Origin: Octopus sinensis
Taxonomy: Eukaryota
Length of the DNA stretch: 64,000 nt
Assembly (NCBI RefSeq): GCF_006345805.1
Contig: NC_042999.1
Span: 68,262,001-68,326,000 of the forward strand
Direction: 5' to 3'
The notes beneath the pieces are model-generated. The model saw only the letters and a list, made by a program, of their open reading frames with translations, had not been told where the DNA came from and made no database searches. Made by a program: the position numbers and the translations under genes. Positions 62,501 through 64,000 of this stretch are shown piece after piece (position 1 is the first letter of the stretch; each line of letters opens with the position of its first letter).

Positions 62501-64000
62501 ACCCAACAAGTGTGTGCGTATTCAGATACATGCATGTTACTGTCTCTTTGGTTTTATGCTACATGTTAGCATGATGGTTGTAAAAGAATGTAGTACCAAG
62601 TTAGCAATGTTCTATGTTACCAATCTTCTGTGATAACATGTCTGGTCATGAGCAAATATTACCTAGCACGCAGGCAGGTAAAGGTTGGTGACAGGAGGAG
62701 CATCCAGCCATAGAAAACTCTGCCTAAATGAATTGTCTGATTTATGTGAGCATATGTTCCCCGTTCGTCTACACGCTGGGGCCACCAGCGACAGGCCTGT
62801 GCCAGTTGCCGGGAGCTCTGCCACACTACCGTGCCTGCAATCGTAAGAACAAACCAAAACTTGCGGTCTCGCCCACGTACATGTGGACATAGCCGCAACT
62901 GATGCCAGCAGTCGCAAGATCCACGCAGTCGATACTGTGATGTGGTCCAACCCGTAAATTCACGTAAAACTACAGTGCCGCCCGCAGTGGCCGCCGCCTT
63001 CCGTTCCCCACTCGCCTAAGCGCCGGGGCCGCCAGTGGCAAGCCTGCGCTAGTCGCTCCACCGCGCTACCATACCTGCAATCGTAAGAATGGGGGGAAAA
63101 AAATTAATAGTTTCTTCTCACAAAGAGACTAAAATTATGAAATGAAATGAAATAAAAACTGACAAGATAATTTAGAATTGTCTTTTTAAAGTTTAGCCAG
63201 AAGGGAAGGCAGTATCTGCGATCTTTTACAGGGATTCCAACATTTGGGGGAAGAAGAAAGCAAGAAGGGTTCAACTTATTTATTTATCTGCTACAAGGTG
63301 GTAATTAGAAGTTTACATGAAGAAAAACAGAAAATACAAAATGGAAATTTTCTTCTAAATTAGTCAACAAAAATGGGCACAGGTATGGCTGTGTGGTTAC
63401 CAAAGCTTGCTTTGTTAATCACATGGTTCTGGGTTCAGTCCCATTGTACAGCACCTTGGGCAAGTATCTTCTACTACAACTTTGGACTGACCAATGTCAT
63501 GTGAGTGAATCTGGTGAACAGAAGCTGTGTGGAAGCCTGTCATAAGTTTTATTTTTTTACTAGCATCCATGTTCCATGCTGTGTGTATGTGCATACGTCT
63601 TTGTGCCACCACTTGACAACAGGTGTTAGTTTGTTTACATCCCTGTAACTTAGCAGTTCAGCAAAAGAGACAGATAGAGTAAGTACCAATCTTAAAAAAT
63701 AAGAACTAAAGTCGATCTGATTGACTAAAGCCCATCAAAGCAGGTCAGCAGCATGGCTGCTGTCCAATGACTGAAGCAATCACAAGATAGAAGCTAAAAG
63801 ATGAAAATATAAAATTTCTCATATTTTTTAAAAAAAAAAAAAAAAAGGAAACTCCTAGAAAATCTTCTTTTGCGTTTTTAAATTAGTTTTAGATTAATTT
63901 ATTACCAGGAAAATAAGGATTCAAAATATTGCGGAAAAGCTTGCAAAATTCATCTCTCTTCTGCAGTTCTTTATCTGTCAATCGTAGCTGTTTGAATAGA
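49378..64000 (-). CDS. TUT1: TUT1/Star-PAP-like terminal nucleotidyltransferase (non-canonical PAP/TUTase family), 5' end outside window
   Basis: Exons >64000-63906, 62221-62124, 59881-59637, 57083-56860, 55158-55060, 54040-53910, 50598-49378 join in frame; [30 protein letters not shown] catalytic motif, PIVRF...FDLSLQN, SSYSITLLILFFLQ, LLNKFFDFY, QDP..N PAP-associated motif; C-terminal HHIWFNRKNVRQK resembles the TUT1 KA-1 region. MTPAP is the main alternative. Confidence 0.75.
51640..52680 (+). mobile_element. Degenerate mariner (DD34D-type) transposon
   Basis: WVPH, VTGDE, HQDNARPH, HPPYS..PSDYHLF motifs with stops and frameshifts. Confidence 0.88.
53910..54040 (-). CDS. TUT1: TUT1-like PAP-associated domain exon (TLLNKFFDFYLHIDYESTVISTHTG...TFK)
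   Basis: tgcag/gtttgt. Confidence 0.88.
55060..55158 (-). CDS. TUT1: TUT1-like exon (PEERNIVDDCNYSCPKRPPEQVLPASKNTDNL)
   Basis: tatag/gtaaga; phases 1/1 fit both neighbours; absent from ORF track. Confidence 0.85.
56860..57083 (-). CDS. TUT1: TUT1-like fingers exon
   Basis: ttaag/gtaagt; NTVLL..D.RV.PLV..IR.WAK..SSYS..L.ILFFLQ..PAVLP. Confidence 0.92.
59637..59881 (-). CDS. TUT1: TUT1-like palm exon with third catalytic Asp (FDLS)
   Basis: tatag/gtaagg; CPIVRFIHKKSNITFDLSLQN. Confidence 0.9.
60544..60772. mobile_element. piggyBac-type MITE
   Basis: TTAACCCTTT...AAAGGGTTAA. Confidence 0.8.
62124..62221 (-). CDS. TUT1: TUT1-like catalytic exon (GSS...DxD)
   Basis: tctag/gtgagt; [21 protein letters not shown]. 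Confidence 0.92.
63906..64000 (-). CDS. TUT1: TUT1-like exon, partial (LFKQLRLTDKELQKRDEFCKLFRNILNPYFPG)
   Basis: Open frame, G|gtaat donor, phase matches next exon. Confidence 0.85.

Overview
Eukaryotic, AT-rich, repeat-dense genomic DNA; the SINE and microsatellite landscape looks like an octopus (coleoid cephalopod), which is an inference. Two spliced genes converge tail-to-tail. (1) + strand, 1208-43884: an annexin whose 5' end lies upstream of the window. I could chain 17 exons in frame (about 858 aa in-window). It has a long non-core head and two complete four-repeat cores (8 repeats) with matching exon sizes (85/82, 95, 114, 91, 327, 182 nt), joined through a GC-AG intron and a linker exon. 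(2) - strand, 49378 to beyond 64000: a TUT1/Star-PAP-like terminal nucleotidyltransferase with 7 in-window exons, whose nucleotide-recognition motif lacks the usual uridine-selecting His. Introns hold several SINE families, Tc1/mariner, hAT, piggyBac-type MITE, Helitron-like, CR1 and RTE relics and a possible solo LTR. They also hold many Penelope-like relics forming long hairpins, several with minimal hammerhead-ribozyme-like motifs. Most short ORFs in the track are repeat-derived and non-coding.
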